Shown here one piece after another: positions 34,502-41,983 of a stretch of DNA of 41,983 nt; the stretch's first letter is position 1; every line of letters starts with the position of its first letter. Origin of the DNA: Methanobacteriota archaeon (GTDB taxonomy: Archaea > Thermoplasmatota > Poseidoniia > Poseidoniales > Poseidoniaceae); assembly GCA_002726395.1 (NCBI GenBank), contig PBTA01000046.1:52772-94754 (forward strand), given 5' to 3'. Position numbers and translations under genes: made by a program. The notes beneath the pieces are model-generated. The model did no database searches and had not been told where the DNA came from. It worked only from the letters and a program-made list of their open reading frames with translations.

Positions 34502-35593
34502 TCAACGTACATCTTTGTGACGTGTCCAACGGCCAGTTTGTTTGTTGAAGTATAACCCGGCCTTCTTCATCCACTTGTTGAACTTAGTAGCACCAGCACC
34601 GGTTCTTAAGATGAAGTCTTCTCTATCTTCTTGCGCTTGGATGTAATCCTTAGCGGCCAATGTTTGATCAATCCAATCATTGATGTCCATTAATCCACCG
34701 CCAAGAGTGCTTTCTTCTACCACTCGGCTCATCTCATCAGCGTCAGATCCAGTTTGAACGAGGTCTTTCTTAATCATGTCATTTACTGAAGAGAAATCCA
34801 TTGCCGCTGGTTTAGGAGGTACTGGGTTTCTTGGTCGCTTACTCTCATCGATAAATATACGGTTACCATTTACCAAACGCTGTTCAACATTAGCGGCTAG
34901 GTCAGGAGTGAAATTCTCTTCACACTCCCAGCAAATAAACACCCATTCCCCTGGTTTATCTTGGTCTCTGGCCTGTCTAGGGTCCATTTCGTCACCACAA
35001 AGCGGGCAAGCGTGGAAAATCAGTGCAGGAACAAACTTTCTTCTAAAGTCAACAATATCTTGAGGAGTCCCTTCTAGTTCTAACATTTCATGATCTCTAG
35101 CGGCTTCTAAGCCTCTAGTTTCTAGTTGGTCTCTAATCTTGACTTTTTGATCGTCTTTACCCTCATCATAGAGATTGTTTTCTAGTTTAACAATCAATTC
35201 GACAGTCTTGCCTAAACGGTTCATAATCAATTTCTTACCGCGAAAAGCCTCGACTTTAGCAATTTTTAACCGCTCTTTTTGCTCAGCTAATTCTGTAAGA
35301 ACGTCTTTTTGCTTACGCTTAAACTTTATTTCTTCAATTTTAGAGTCAACTTTCTTTTCAGGCGCTAAGACCGATGCTAGAAACCGTTCTTTACCGTGGG
35401 AAGAGTGAGCGGAATTGATAATTGAAATGACACCATCAGCGATATCTGGCTTTAGTGCATAGTTTTCAATCAACATATTGCGGTCAATTTTCTTTAAATC
35501 GCCAATTTTTAATCCAGCATCGGCTAACTGCTGGGCTGTAGTATCATCAATTCCACGCCTTAATAGTGCAAGATATGTGTCTTTCTTTGCCAT
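34502..35593 (-). CDS. Hypothetical protein: N-terminal HhH-like motif, coiled coil, C4 zinc ribbon and a conserved-looking basic C-terminus
   Basis: ATG preceded by an SD-like 'ggagggg' 7 nt upstream. 'TAQQLADAGLKIGDLKKI' is HhH-like. 'KIEEIKFKRKQKDVLTELAEQKERLKIAK' is the coiled coil. The Zn ribbon is 'CPLCGDEM...ICWECEENF'. No family was recognised. Confidence 0.72.
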   Translation of the reverse strand: MAKKDTYLALLRRGIDDTTAQQLADAGLKIGDLKKIDRNMLIENYALKPDIADGVISIINSAHSSHGKERFLASVLAPEKKVDSKIEEIKFKRKQKDVLTELAEQKERLKIAKVEAFRGKKLIMNRLGKTVELIVKLENNLYDEGKDDQKVKIRDQLETRGLEAARDHEMLELEGTPQDIVDFRRKFVPALIFHACPLCGDEMDPRQARDQDKPGEWVFICWECEENFTPDLAANVEQRLVNGNRIFIDESKRPRNPVPPKPAAMDFSSVNDMIKKDLVQTGSDADEMSRVVEESTLGGGLMDINDWIDQTLAAKDYIQAQEDREDFILRTGAGATKFNKWMKKAGLYFNKQTGRWTRHKDVR

Positions 35594-35707
35594 AGCATCC
35601 CCTCCGACAAGTCCTGCCCAGTAGCCACTCCTAAGAAAAACCTCTCCCCGCTAATTTCTTTAAAAACCATCAAAACATTGGACATAAACGATAGATTGAG
35701 GTCAAGT

Positions 35708-36583
35708 TTAAGATTTATCTTGGATTTTTTCCAGATCTTGACAAAACTCTATCCAGTCATCAAAATCAAACTCTTCTGGTCGAGCGTTCATTCTCTCATC
35801 ATCAGCCAGACTTGAAATCGCCAACTTCCAGCGAGCAGAATACCAGTTAGGAACTCTATTGAGGCGGCGCGGAATAGATTTCAGACTGGTACGAATTTTC
35901 TTCCTTCGTTGTTTGAAGGCCTGATGGATTACTTGTTTAACAAGACGCTTATCACATTCAAATTGTTCATGACTAGGTTTCATTTCAATAAAGCAGGAAT
36001 TTACTTTTGGATTTGGACTAAAGTTGTGAGGGGGTACTTTTTGCAACATCTCGGATTGCCAATCTAATAACGCAGTCATTCCAAGGGAGCCAACGTCAGA
36101 TTCATACTCCATAACTAGTCTTTCAGCAAATTCTTCTTGCACCAAAAGTACAACTTTCTGCAACAATTTTACTTCATCATCACGCAGATATTTGGTTAGC
36201 AACTCTACTAGGGGCGATGAAATTTGGTAAGGGATATTAGCAACAACTTTCGAGATTGAGGTAGGCCACTTCACCTGTAATGCGTCCCCTGAGAGTAAAT
36301 TCAATTGTCCAGACGCAATTTCGCTGGCGAATATGCTCTGCAGATGTTTTACCGCCCCCTCATCAATTTCAATTGCTGTTACTCTACATCCTTGCATCAG
36401 TAAAGCCTCTGTTAACACGCCAGGCCCGGGACCTATTTCCAACACGTGGTCTGGTTTGACAATCTCAGCGTATTGTATAGAGAGCGTAATTAGCTCATCA
36501 TTGATCAAGAAATGTTGGCCAAGAGACTTGTCATTATCCTGTTTACTACGAAGTAAATCAACTAGAGTTCGAGCGCCCTTCAT
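35708..36583 (-). CDS. rsmA: 16S/18S rRNA (adenine1518/1519-N6)-dimethyltransferase KsgA/Dim1
   Basis: 'LGQHFLINDELI', 'VLEIGPGPGVLTEAL' and 'VANIPYQISSPL' are present. There is an ATGA overlap with the upstream gene. Confidence 0.95.
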   Translation of the reverse strand: MKGARTLVDLLRSKQDNDKSLGQHFLINDELITLSIQYAEIVKPDHVLEIGPGPGVLTEALLMQGCRVTAIEIDEGAVKHLQSIFASEIASGQLNLLSGDALQVKWPTSISKVVANIPYQISSPLVELLTKYLRDDEVKLLQKVVLLVQEEFAERLVMEYESDVGSLGMTALLDWQSEMLQKVPPHNFSPNPKVNSCFIEMKPSHEQFECDKRLVKQVIHQAFKQRRKKIRTSLKSIPRRLNRVPNWYSARWKLAISSLADDERMNARPEEFDFDDWIEFCQDLEKIQDKS

Positions 36584-37404
36584 GCTGTCACCGGTAACAG
36601 TAGTTCTGTAAGTCGCGGTTGTAAGTTTCTATCGCTAATTTCAGCAACAAAACGCTTTGCTAGCAGTTCTGCTGCATCTATGGTGCAAGATTCGTTTAGA
36701 TGTTCAAGGCCAGTAAAGCCACTCGAGCCTCTAACCTCGACCATCTGCAAAGCCTTCTTTTTACCAATTCCAGGTAATAGTTCGAAGGCGTGTTGCTTGA
36801 GGGATAGTGGGCCTGCAATGTTGAAAAATGCCTTGATGAAGTGGGCCGCCTTTTCTTCGATAAATAATTGGATGACTAATGGTAAATCGCTGGCTGCTGA
36901 ATTAGACAACAGTTCCATTTTTGCCATACCGAGAATATCTCCCACGTCCGTGCGCTTGTCGCCATCAACTCCGACATATATTCTATCACCTACTGAAGAA
37001 TTAGTGTTCTTGGCAGTAAATCTGCCGAGCAACATCTTACTTTCACCAAAGGCAACAATCACATTGGTTTGAGGATCGTTTTCGATAACTCTCGCCCAAA
37101 CCTCGTCATCAAGGGGAGTTGGGCGGCGTTGACGTGGGGGCTTATCTCTTCCAGGATTATTGCGCCCCCTATTGCCGCGATGTTGTTGTCCTTGACGTCG
37201 TTGATTATTTGGACGTTGATTTGTTCTTGGCTTTTGTTCAACCTTTTTCACGACATCTCTGCGGCCTTCCGCAGGTCTTGTTGGCAAGTATTGTGAAGGC
37301 TTAGCATTGCTCTTCTTATCAGACTTTTTTGGAATCTTGACATTACGGTCACGACTGAAACCGCTCATAAAATCATCTCGGCCAATTTCACTCGAAGCCA
37401 ACAT
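36580..37404 (-). CDS. DUF655 (COG1491) nucleic-acid-binding protein with a ~95-aa Arg/Gln/Asn-rich N-terminal extension
   Basis: 'HFIKAFFNIAGPLSLKQHAFELLPGIGKKKALQMVEVR' is the DUF655 HhH signature. Its position between rpoF and ksgA is the conserved archaeal arrangement. The start is the ATG at 37404 (17-nt overlap with rpoF) or at 37368. Confidence 0.85.
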   Translation of the reverse strand: MLASSEIGRDDFMSGFSRDRNVKIPKKSDKKSNAKPSQYLPTRPAEGRRDVVKKVEQKPRTNQRPNNQRRQGQQHRGNRGRNNPGRDKPPRQRRPTPLDDEVWARVIENDPQTNVIVAFGESKMLLGRFTAKNTNSSVGDRIYVGVDGDKRTDVGDILGMAKMELLSNSAASDLPLVIQLFIEEKAAHFIKAFFNIAGPLSLKQHAFELLPGIGKKKALQMVEVRGSSGFTGLEHLNESCTIDAAELLAKRFVAEISDRNLQPRLTELLLPVTA

Positions 37405-37759
37405 GCTGCCTTACTGTATCTAGAATTGCATTGATTTCAGAATCATCAATAGCAATTCTCTTGGAGACTAATACTGCTTTTACATCACTAGGATATAGTG
37501 GCATTAGTTCAGCAAGTTTTGCAGCTAGGTCAGGATATTGAGCAAGTTTGTCCATCTCAAGTAGTGCAGCCTTTAGAGTTACAAATACATCAGGAGTAGT
37601 CTTGTAACCAACTCTGTTGTCACTTGCAGCCCATTGAGCATGCTGTAGTGCAGCAACCTGTTCGTAAGTTAAATCGCCCCTTCTTTCTTGAGCGCCCTCA
37701 AGCATGTCTCTTACGGTAGCAAAGTCAACAAATTTCTCTTCTTCGGTCAAGTAAATCAC
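37388..37759 (-). CDS. rpoF: DNA-directed RNA polymerase subunit F (Rpo4)
   Basis: Aligns by eye with archaeal RpoF ('YEQVAALQHAQ', 'AAKLAELMPLYPSDVKAVL...EINAILDTV'). It lies directly after rpl21e, the conserved order. The GTG start overlaps the L21e stop (GTGA). Confidence 0.85.
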   Translation of the reverse strand: MIYLTEEEKFVDFATVRDMLEGAQERRGDLTYEQVAALQHAQWAASDNRVGYKTTPDVFVTLKAALLEMDKLAQYPDLAAKLAELMPLYPSDVKAVLVSKRIAIDDSEINAILDTVRQHVGFE

Positions 37760-38046
37760 TCCAATGGGCGTAGGTGTTCTGGTCTAGCAATGACAGTCTT
37801 TTGCATATTGCCGTCTTTTACTGCAACGACCCATGCAACGCCTTGTTTCTTCTGAATAAATCCAGTTCTGCCATTGAATCTTCTGTGCGGCATTCCACCT
37901 TGTTGACCACCGTCTAGTACGATAGCAACACGATCACCAGTATCATATTCGTGCAATACACGACTGATATTCAAGCGACTGCGTTCGCTTTTTCTCCTTC
38001 TTAGAATGCTTCGAGTTCTTACTCTCTGGCCCTTGGAACGCTTCAT
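37756..38046 (-). CDS. rpl21e: 50S ribosomal protein L21e
   Basis: 'KGQRVRTRSIL...ISRVLHEYDTGDRVAIVLDGGQQGGMPHRRFNGRTGFI' matches eL21. Confidence 0.95.
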   Translation of the reverse strand: MKRSKGQRVRTRSILRRRKSERSRLNISRVLHEYDTGDRVAIVLDGGQQGGMPHRRFNGRTGFIQKKQGVAWVVAVKDGNMQKTVIARPEHLRPLE

Positions 38047-38114
38047 GGTTTTCGCCTCACTTTACCCCGACACAGCATATTGCCATCTTCGGAGCAATTT
38101 GCCGACCTACCAAT

Positions 38115-38125
38115 CGCATATAAGC
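38115..38125 (-). promoter_or_regulatory. Candidate TATA box for the rpl21e-rpoF-DUF655-ksgA operon
   Basis: The minus strand reads 'gcttatatgcg'. It lies between the pus10 terminator hairpin and the rpl21e ATG, about 70 nt upstream of the ATG. It is the only TATA-like element in this spacer. Confidence 0.25.
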
Positions 38126-38129
38126 ACCG

Positions 38130-38168
38130 CGACGAAAATAACCGACTAAAAACCGGCGAGTTAGTCGG
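38130..38168 (-). terminator. Hairpin plus U-tract at the 3' end of pus10
   Basis: An 8-bp stem pairs 'ccgactaa' (38142-38149) with 'ttagtcgg' (38161-38168), with an 11-nt loop. It overlaps the pus10 stop codon. The minus-strand RNA continues 'uuauuuucg' immediately after the stem. Confidence 0.45.
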
Positions 38169-39900
38169 CATGAATGTCCCCGACATCTAGCCATAGAACC
38201 TCGCATTTGGCTTTGAGTAAAGAGGCCACACTGGGCTGTGTGCGACCACTGTCACCATGGATGGTTTCTTTGACATAGGTACCAGATTCACAGCGAAGGG
38301 TAACTTCGACTTCTCTGGTACCATCTGGCATAATTTCTACAATCGGCTGGTTGACATCAATCACGTCCCGCCGCCTAATCAGGTCAGCTCTTCGGTGGGC
38401 TACTCGGTCAGGTGTGCGTTGGTACAACTTTACTCCATGCAATGATAAAATTGTGGAAATAATTGTTTCGTCGCTAGGTAATTCAAACAGGGCACTACCA
38501 GGCGCCGGCATAGCGAGGATTCGTTCAATTAACTCTGATTTTTTACCGGTCTTTTTGAGGTTATTTTCAGTACAAATAGCCTCTAGTTCACTCTTCTTCA
38601 TGTTTGACAATTCTTCTTCAGAGGGTCCTTGTTCTTCGGTGACGATTTCGGTTGGCAGTGGCTTAGTGTTGTCTTTCCGCTTGTCGCCTCTTCGATGGCG
38701 TTTTTTATTTGGTTTTTTACTTGATTCTTTGGTTAAATCTAGCGGAGCTGTCAATACGGCGTATTCGCGTTCTTTCATCTGCTCAATTCTAAATCTGATG
38801 GTGTAGGATTTCTCTGCAGGGGTGTCTTTGATTCGTACAACTTCACTCTTATTGGAGGAGCGCAGGTCAGTTACATGAATCGATCCGCCGGCTGCTTCAT
38901 TGATTAGTTGCATAGCATATTGGTAATCAAAATCTCTTACTTTTGGCTCTTTCATCTCGATAACAAAAGGCCTCCCGCGGCCCATGCACCGAACATCGAT
39001 ATCTTCACGCCCCATGCCGTGGAATGAATGTTCAGGAGCGCCAAATACTTCCAGCAGCGGATTGCCGATTAAATCCTGCACACTTCTTAGGTATTGCAGT
39101 CCAGTGTTGTTGCAACGCTCACAGCCGCGACCTTTGCAGGCACGACACGGCCACCTTGTTTGAGGAATGCCTCGTTCGAGCTTTTGATATCTACCGTAAA
39201 TGTAATGCGACCTTATGTCAAGGGAGACAGTAAGTGTTAGGACATCGATTAAAGCAAGAACATGTGGATTCTCATTGACCAATTTAGCACCTTTTAGCCT
39301 GGAGGTTAAATTTCTTGCAATCTCTGTAACCAGTCCGGTTTTCAAACCATCTGAACCACCAGCGCCGAAGCGTTTTCTCTGAATATCTTCTTCCTCAACT
39401 TGGTCTTTGGGAAATCTTGTACCTAATTGCAATCGCTTAATTTGGTAAGGCTGTACTGCGTCATAGATTATGTCAGCAAGTAAATCAGCTTCTTCAAATA
39501 AATTTTCACAAAGCGGGCAAAGCGAAACCTCCTGTCTAATATTTGCTAATTGCTTATTGCCACTTACGACAGTATTACGGATCTCTTGTCCTGATTCTTC
39601 AATGGTTTGGCTAAACCGCTTCTTACCGCCAAGGCGGCCGATGCAATGGTCACAGCACCCGATTCTAACCAAATGCTTCAGGCCAGCAGGATTGGGTGCG
39701 CGTGGGACCTCTTCCATGTGGGTTCCTAGTTGTTCAGTGGGTAACGAGTCGAGTTGTTCTGGCTCCTCGCCCTCCTCATCCGATGCAGCGGTTTCTTCTT
39801 CCTCCCAAAGCGAATAATTAGTCTGCCCAAAGCCGGCACTGGCATATTTCATCCAGTCTTCATCATTTTCATTTTCAGACATTAAATTCACCACTGCCAT
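38161..39900 (-). CDS. pus10: tRNA pseudouridine(54/55) synthase Pus10, with an acidic N-terminal extension and an internal Lys-rich/SAP-like insertion
   Basis: The Zn-ribbon is 'CCDHCIGRLGG' plus 'CPLCENLF'. 'WPCRACKGRGCERCNNTG', 'HGMGREDIDVRCMGRGRPFVIE' and 'YQRTPDRVAHRRADLIRRR' are present. At 579 aa it is longer than the ~400-440 aa I recall for archaeal Pus10. Confidence 0.92.
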   Translation of the reverse strand: MAVVNLMSENENDEDWMKYASAGFGQTNYSLWEEEETAASDEEGEEPEQLDSLPTEQLGTHMEEVPRAPNPAGLKHLVRIGCCDHCIGRLGGKKRFSQTIEESGQEIRNTVVSGNKQLANIRQEVSLCPLCENLFEEADLLADIIYDAVQPYQIKRLQLGTRFPKDQVEEEDIQRKRFGAGGSDGLKTGLVTEIARNLTSRLKGAKLVNENPHVLALIDVLTLTVSLDIRSHYIYGRYQKLERGIPQTRWPCRACKGRGCERCNNTGLQYLRSVQDLIGNPLLEVFGAPEHSFHGMGREDIDVRCMGRGRPFVIEMKEPKVRDFDYQYAMQLINEAAGGSIHVTDLRSSNKSEVVRIKDTPAEKSYTIRFRIEQMKEREYAVLTAPLDLTKESSKKPNKKRHRRGDKRKDNTKPLPTEIVTEEQGPSEEELSNMKKSELEAICTENNLKKTGKKSELIERILAMPAPGSALFELPSDETIISTILSLHGVKLYQRTPDRVAHRRADLIRRRDVIDVNQPIVEIMPDGTREVEVTLRCESGTYVKETIHGDSGRTQPSVASLLKAKCEVLWLDVGDIHAD

Positions 39901-39994
39901 GGGGCCAACCCCGGTGGAAGCAACCGTCCCTCAAATCTTTCATTGATGAAGATAGCGCATGAATTGAGCGTGAATAAAATAGTCCATCGCAATA

Positions 39995-41983
39995 TTACTC
40001 GTTTTCAAGATGAATTCCCATTGGCGCTGAATTTTCCCGTAACATTAGCGCCAAAATCCCTAACGCAGCAGTGGTCAATACAAGACTTGCGATGAGGGAC
40101 AAAGCAATCATCGCTGCTGAATAAATTCCAAAGTTACTAAACAGTCCCATCGGCGATAAAGCAATTACGCTGAATCCAGCAATATCTGAGGCAGCGCTAC
40201 CAATTAGAGCAAGACTACAAGCGCCACCAACCGCAACTAAAGCCTCATTGTGCGACTCGCCTTTTTCCCGACTTTCACGATACCGTTCGGTAACGTGGAT
40301 ACAATAATCAATACCTACGCCAAGCGATATTGTAGCAATTGTGACAGTCACGATGTTGAGTGATGAACCTGCTGCGTACATGAGTCCGTACAACCACACC
40401 ACAACCAGTAAAATTGGTATTAGCGTAATACTAGCTTGCTTAAATGACTTGAAACCGATTGATAGGGTGATAAAGACGAAAAGAGAACCTAGAATCAACG
40501 AAGATTGCATTTCATTTTGCATAGCATCAGATGCCACATACCTGGTGACTGGTCTGCCAGTTATCATGACCCAAGTAAGTGGTTTTTCTTCGGTTTGTTC
40601 GCCTGCCTCAGCAATTGTGCCGCTAGATTGATTGGTGAACACTTCAAGATCTCGCCATAATTCTTCCAATCCTTCACCCATGCCGGGGAAATCTTCAGGA
40701 GAAGTCATACCGAAACGAATTAGCATGCGATCATATTCTGCCGGTTGTCCATTAACATCTAACCAAGGCTTTAGTGGGTTAAGTTCGACTTCAGGCTTGA
40801 TGTATAATTCGACAATACTTGGGGGTATATCTGGGATTGGACCAGTTCCCGGGACGCCATTTAGGACTAAGAAACCGTAGAAATAGGACAAACAGTCACG
40901 GTCGGTCAAATCTAGTAATGGTCCAGCGCCATCATCCGAACAATTCATACCATGGCCTTCCATTGTGGAATTCCATCCTGCCGCCTCAAATGGTGTGGGG
41001 TCAAGAGCGAGAGATCCTTGGGCTGCGAAGACCATTTCATCAAGCGCCAAAATATCAATATCGCCATTGGGTAGTTTAGTTATTTTATCGGCAACCCCGT
41101 CAGGTAAAACCCCCATCTCAGTTCTAAAAATATCGATAGCAGCATAGACTTCAGGGTCAAGGACATCGCCTTCTATCAATAGATAAGCGGGCTCGCCCTC
41201 GTCGGCAAACCGTTCGGTCACTATTGCCACACCACGAGCGAAATCAGAACTCTCGTCAAGGAAATCTTCAACGCGGAAGTCACCCTCTAACTGGGCCATT
41301 CCTACTGCGGCTGGTATTGTTATCAATGCCGCAATCAAGGCAACGATTAAGGAAGGCTTTGCTTTACCAGAAGTGGTGGTAATCTTACGCAATAAATCTT
41401 CAGAAACTAAGTGAGTCATCTGTTTTTCTGTGATATTTTTATTTCGTTTAACCATCCATTCATCCACACTTAACCGGATTAAAGGCACCCATAAACCAGT
41501 TAGTAAGAATGCGGATAGTATTCCCAGAGCGGCCTCTACACCAAATGACCTTAACGCGGCAACATCGCTAAACAAATTAGCCGCAAAAGCTGCCATGGTA
41601 GTTAGAGATGTGAGCATGATTGCCCGACCTACACGGGTTATTGTCACCTCGGTAGCAGCGGTAGTATTCGCCCCGTTTTTCCGCTCTTCTTTGTATCTAT
41701 GAAGTGCGTGGAGTGAATCATCTATGCCTAAAGCAAGTACCAAAATTGGTAGCAAATTGGAAAACTGTGATCTCGCGATGATTGAAAATCCGAAAAACGA
41801 TGAGAAATTAGCGACGTGGCCAATCATGCCCTGCATCCAAAGTAATGCAGCGCCAAGGGCAACAATAACTATACCAACATCAGTCCATCTTCGCAAACTG
41901 ACGTATAGCAAACCGACAATGACAAAGCCCATTAGAACAATTAGTCCAGCACTGGACTGCAATTCCCGGTTGACCTCAACATT
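39995..41983 (-). CDS. RND-superfamily/MMPL-type exporter (COG1033-like). The 5' end lies outside the window.
   Basis: There are two TM bundles, each with the MMPL/SSD motif ('LALGIDDSLHALHRYKEE' and 'LGVGIDYCIHVTERYRE'), separated by a large extracytoplasmic loop. The reading frame stays open to nt 41983; the track start at 41962 is an internal TTG. Confidence 0.9.
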   Translation of the reverse strand, partial: NVEVNRELQSSAGLIVLMGFVIVGLLYVSLRRWTDVGIVIVALGAALLWMQGMIGHVANFSSFFGFSIIARSQFSNLLPILVLALGIDDSLHALHRYKEERKNGANTTAATEVTITRVGRAIMLTSLTTMAAFAANLFSDVAALRSFGVEAALGILSAFLLTGLWVPLIRLSVDEWMVKRNKNITEKQMTHLVSEDLLRKITTTSGKAKPSLIVALIAALITIPAAVGMAQLEGDFRVEDFLDESSDFARGVAIVTERFADEGEPAYLLIEGDVLDPEVYAAIDIFRTEMGVLPDGVADKITKLPNGDIDILALDEMVFAAQGSLALDPTPFEAAGWNSTMEGHGMNCSDDGAGPLLDLTDRDCLSYFYGFLVLNGVPGTGPIPDIPPSIVELYIKPEVELNPLKPWLDVNGQPAEYDRMLIRFGMTSPEDFPGMGEGLEELWRDLEVFTNQSSGTIAEAGEQTEEKPLTWVMITGRPVTRYVASDAMQNEMQSSLILGSLFVFITLSIGFKSFKQASITLIPILLVVVWLYGLMYAAGSSLNIVTVTIATISLGVGIDYCIHVTERYRESREKGESHNEALVAVGGACSLALIGSAASDIAGFSVIALSPMGLFSNFGIYSAAMIALSLIASLVLTTAALGILALMLRENSAPMGIHLENE

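Noticed and set aside
1-41983. I looked for CRISPR arrays, IS elements, integrases, transposases, prophage blocks, inteins and rRNA genes.
   Set aside because: By eye I found no regularly spaced direct repeats and no transposase, integrase or phage-like ORFs. There were no Cys/Ser...HN intein signatures in RadA, FtsZ or Pus10. No non-coding gap is larger than ~160 nt. Composition looks uniform along the window.

Overview
This window is a densely coding, moderately AT-rich chromosomal segment with almost no non-coding DNA; the longest gap is about 160 nt. The gene content is archaeal: RadA, FtsZ, ribosomal protein L21e, RNA polymerase subunit F (Rpo4), the DUF655/KsgA operon, Pus10, Fap7/AK6 and an initiator-type tRNA-Met. 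Bacterial-type genes are mixed in (xseAB, rlmH, a MaeB-type malic enzyme, a DUF2203-like protein). There are also large FN3/Ig-like surface proteins. My inference, not verifiable here, is an uncultured marine euryarchaeon of the Marine Group II/III kind. I call 44 CDS (2 truncated by the window edges), 1 tRNA, two terminator-like hairpins and two weak promoter candidates. I saw no rRNA, CRISPR array, transposase, integrase or obvious prophage. Because nearly everything is coding, any novelty must be protein-encoded. The best candidate is an orphan 1,130-aa helical-repeat protein ending in an SMG6/YlaK-style PIN nuclease domain (8499-11891). It lies next to a divergent pair encoding a Nudix hydrolase and a DHH phosphoesterase. 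Other leads are a 262-aa protein that reads as two histone-fold-like halves, a Lys-rich insertion with a SAP/HeH-like motif inside Pus10, and an HhH/coiled-coil/Zn-ribbon orphan tightly linked to a 2Fe-2S ferredoxin. A Trp-rich protein / Grx-GST / membrane-anchored FGE-like operon is also of interest. So is a Ca2+/H+ antiporter followed in the same frame by a 179-aa ORF, with only one TAG codon between them. All functional calls come from motif reading by eye; no database search was possible.
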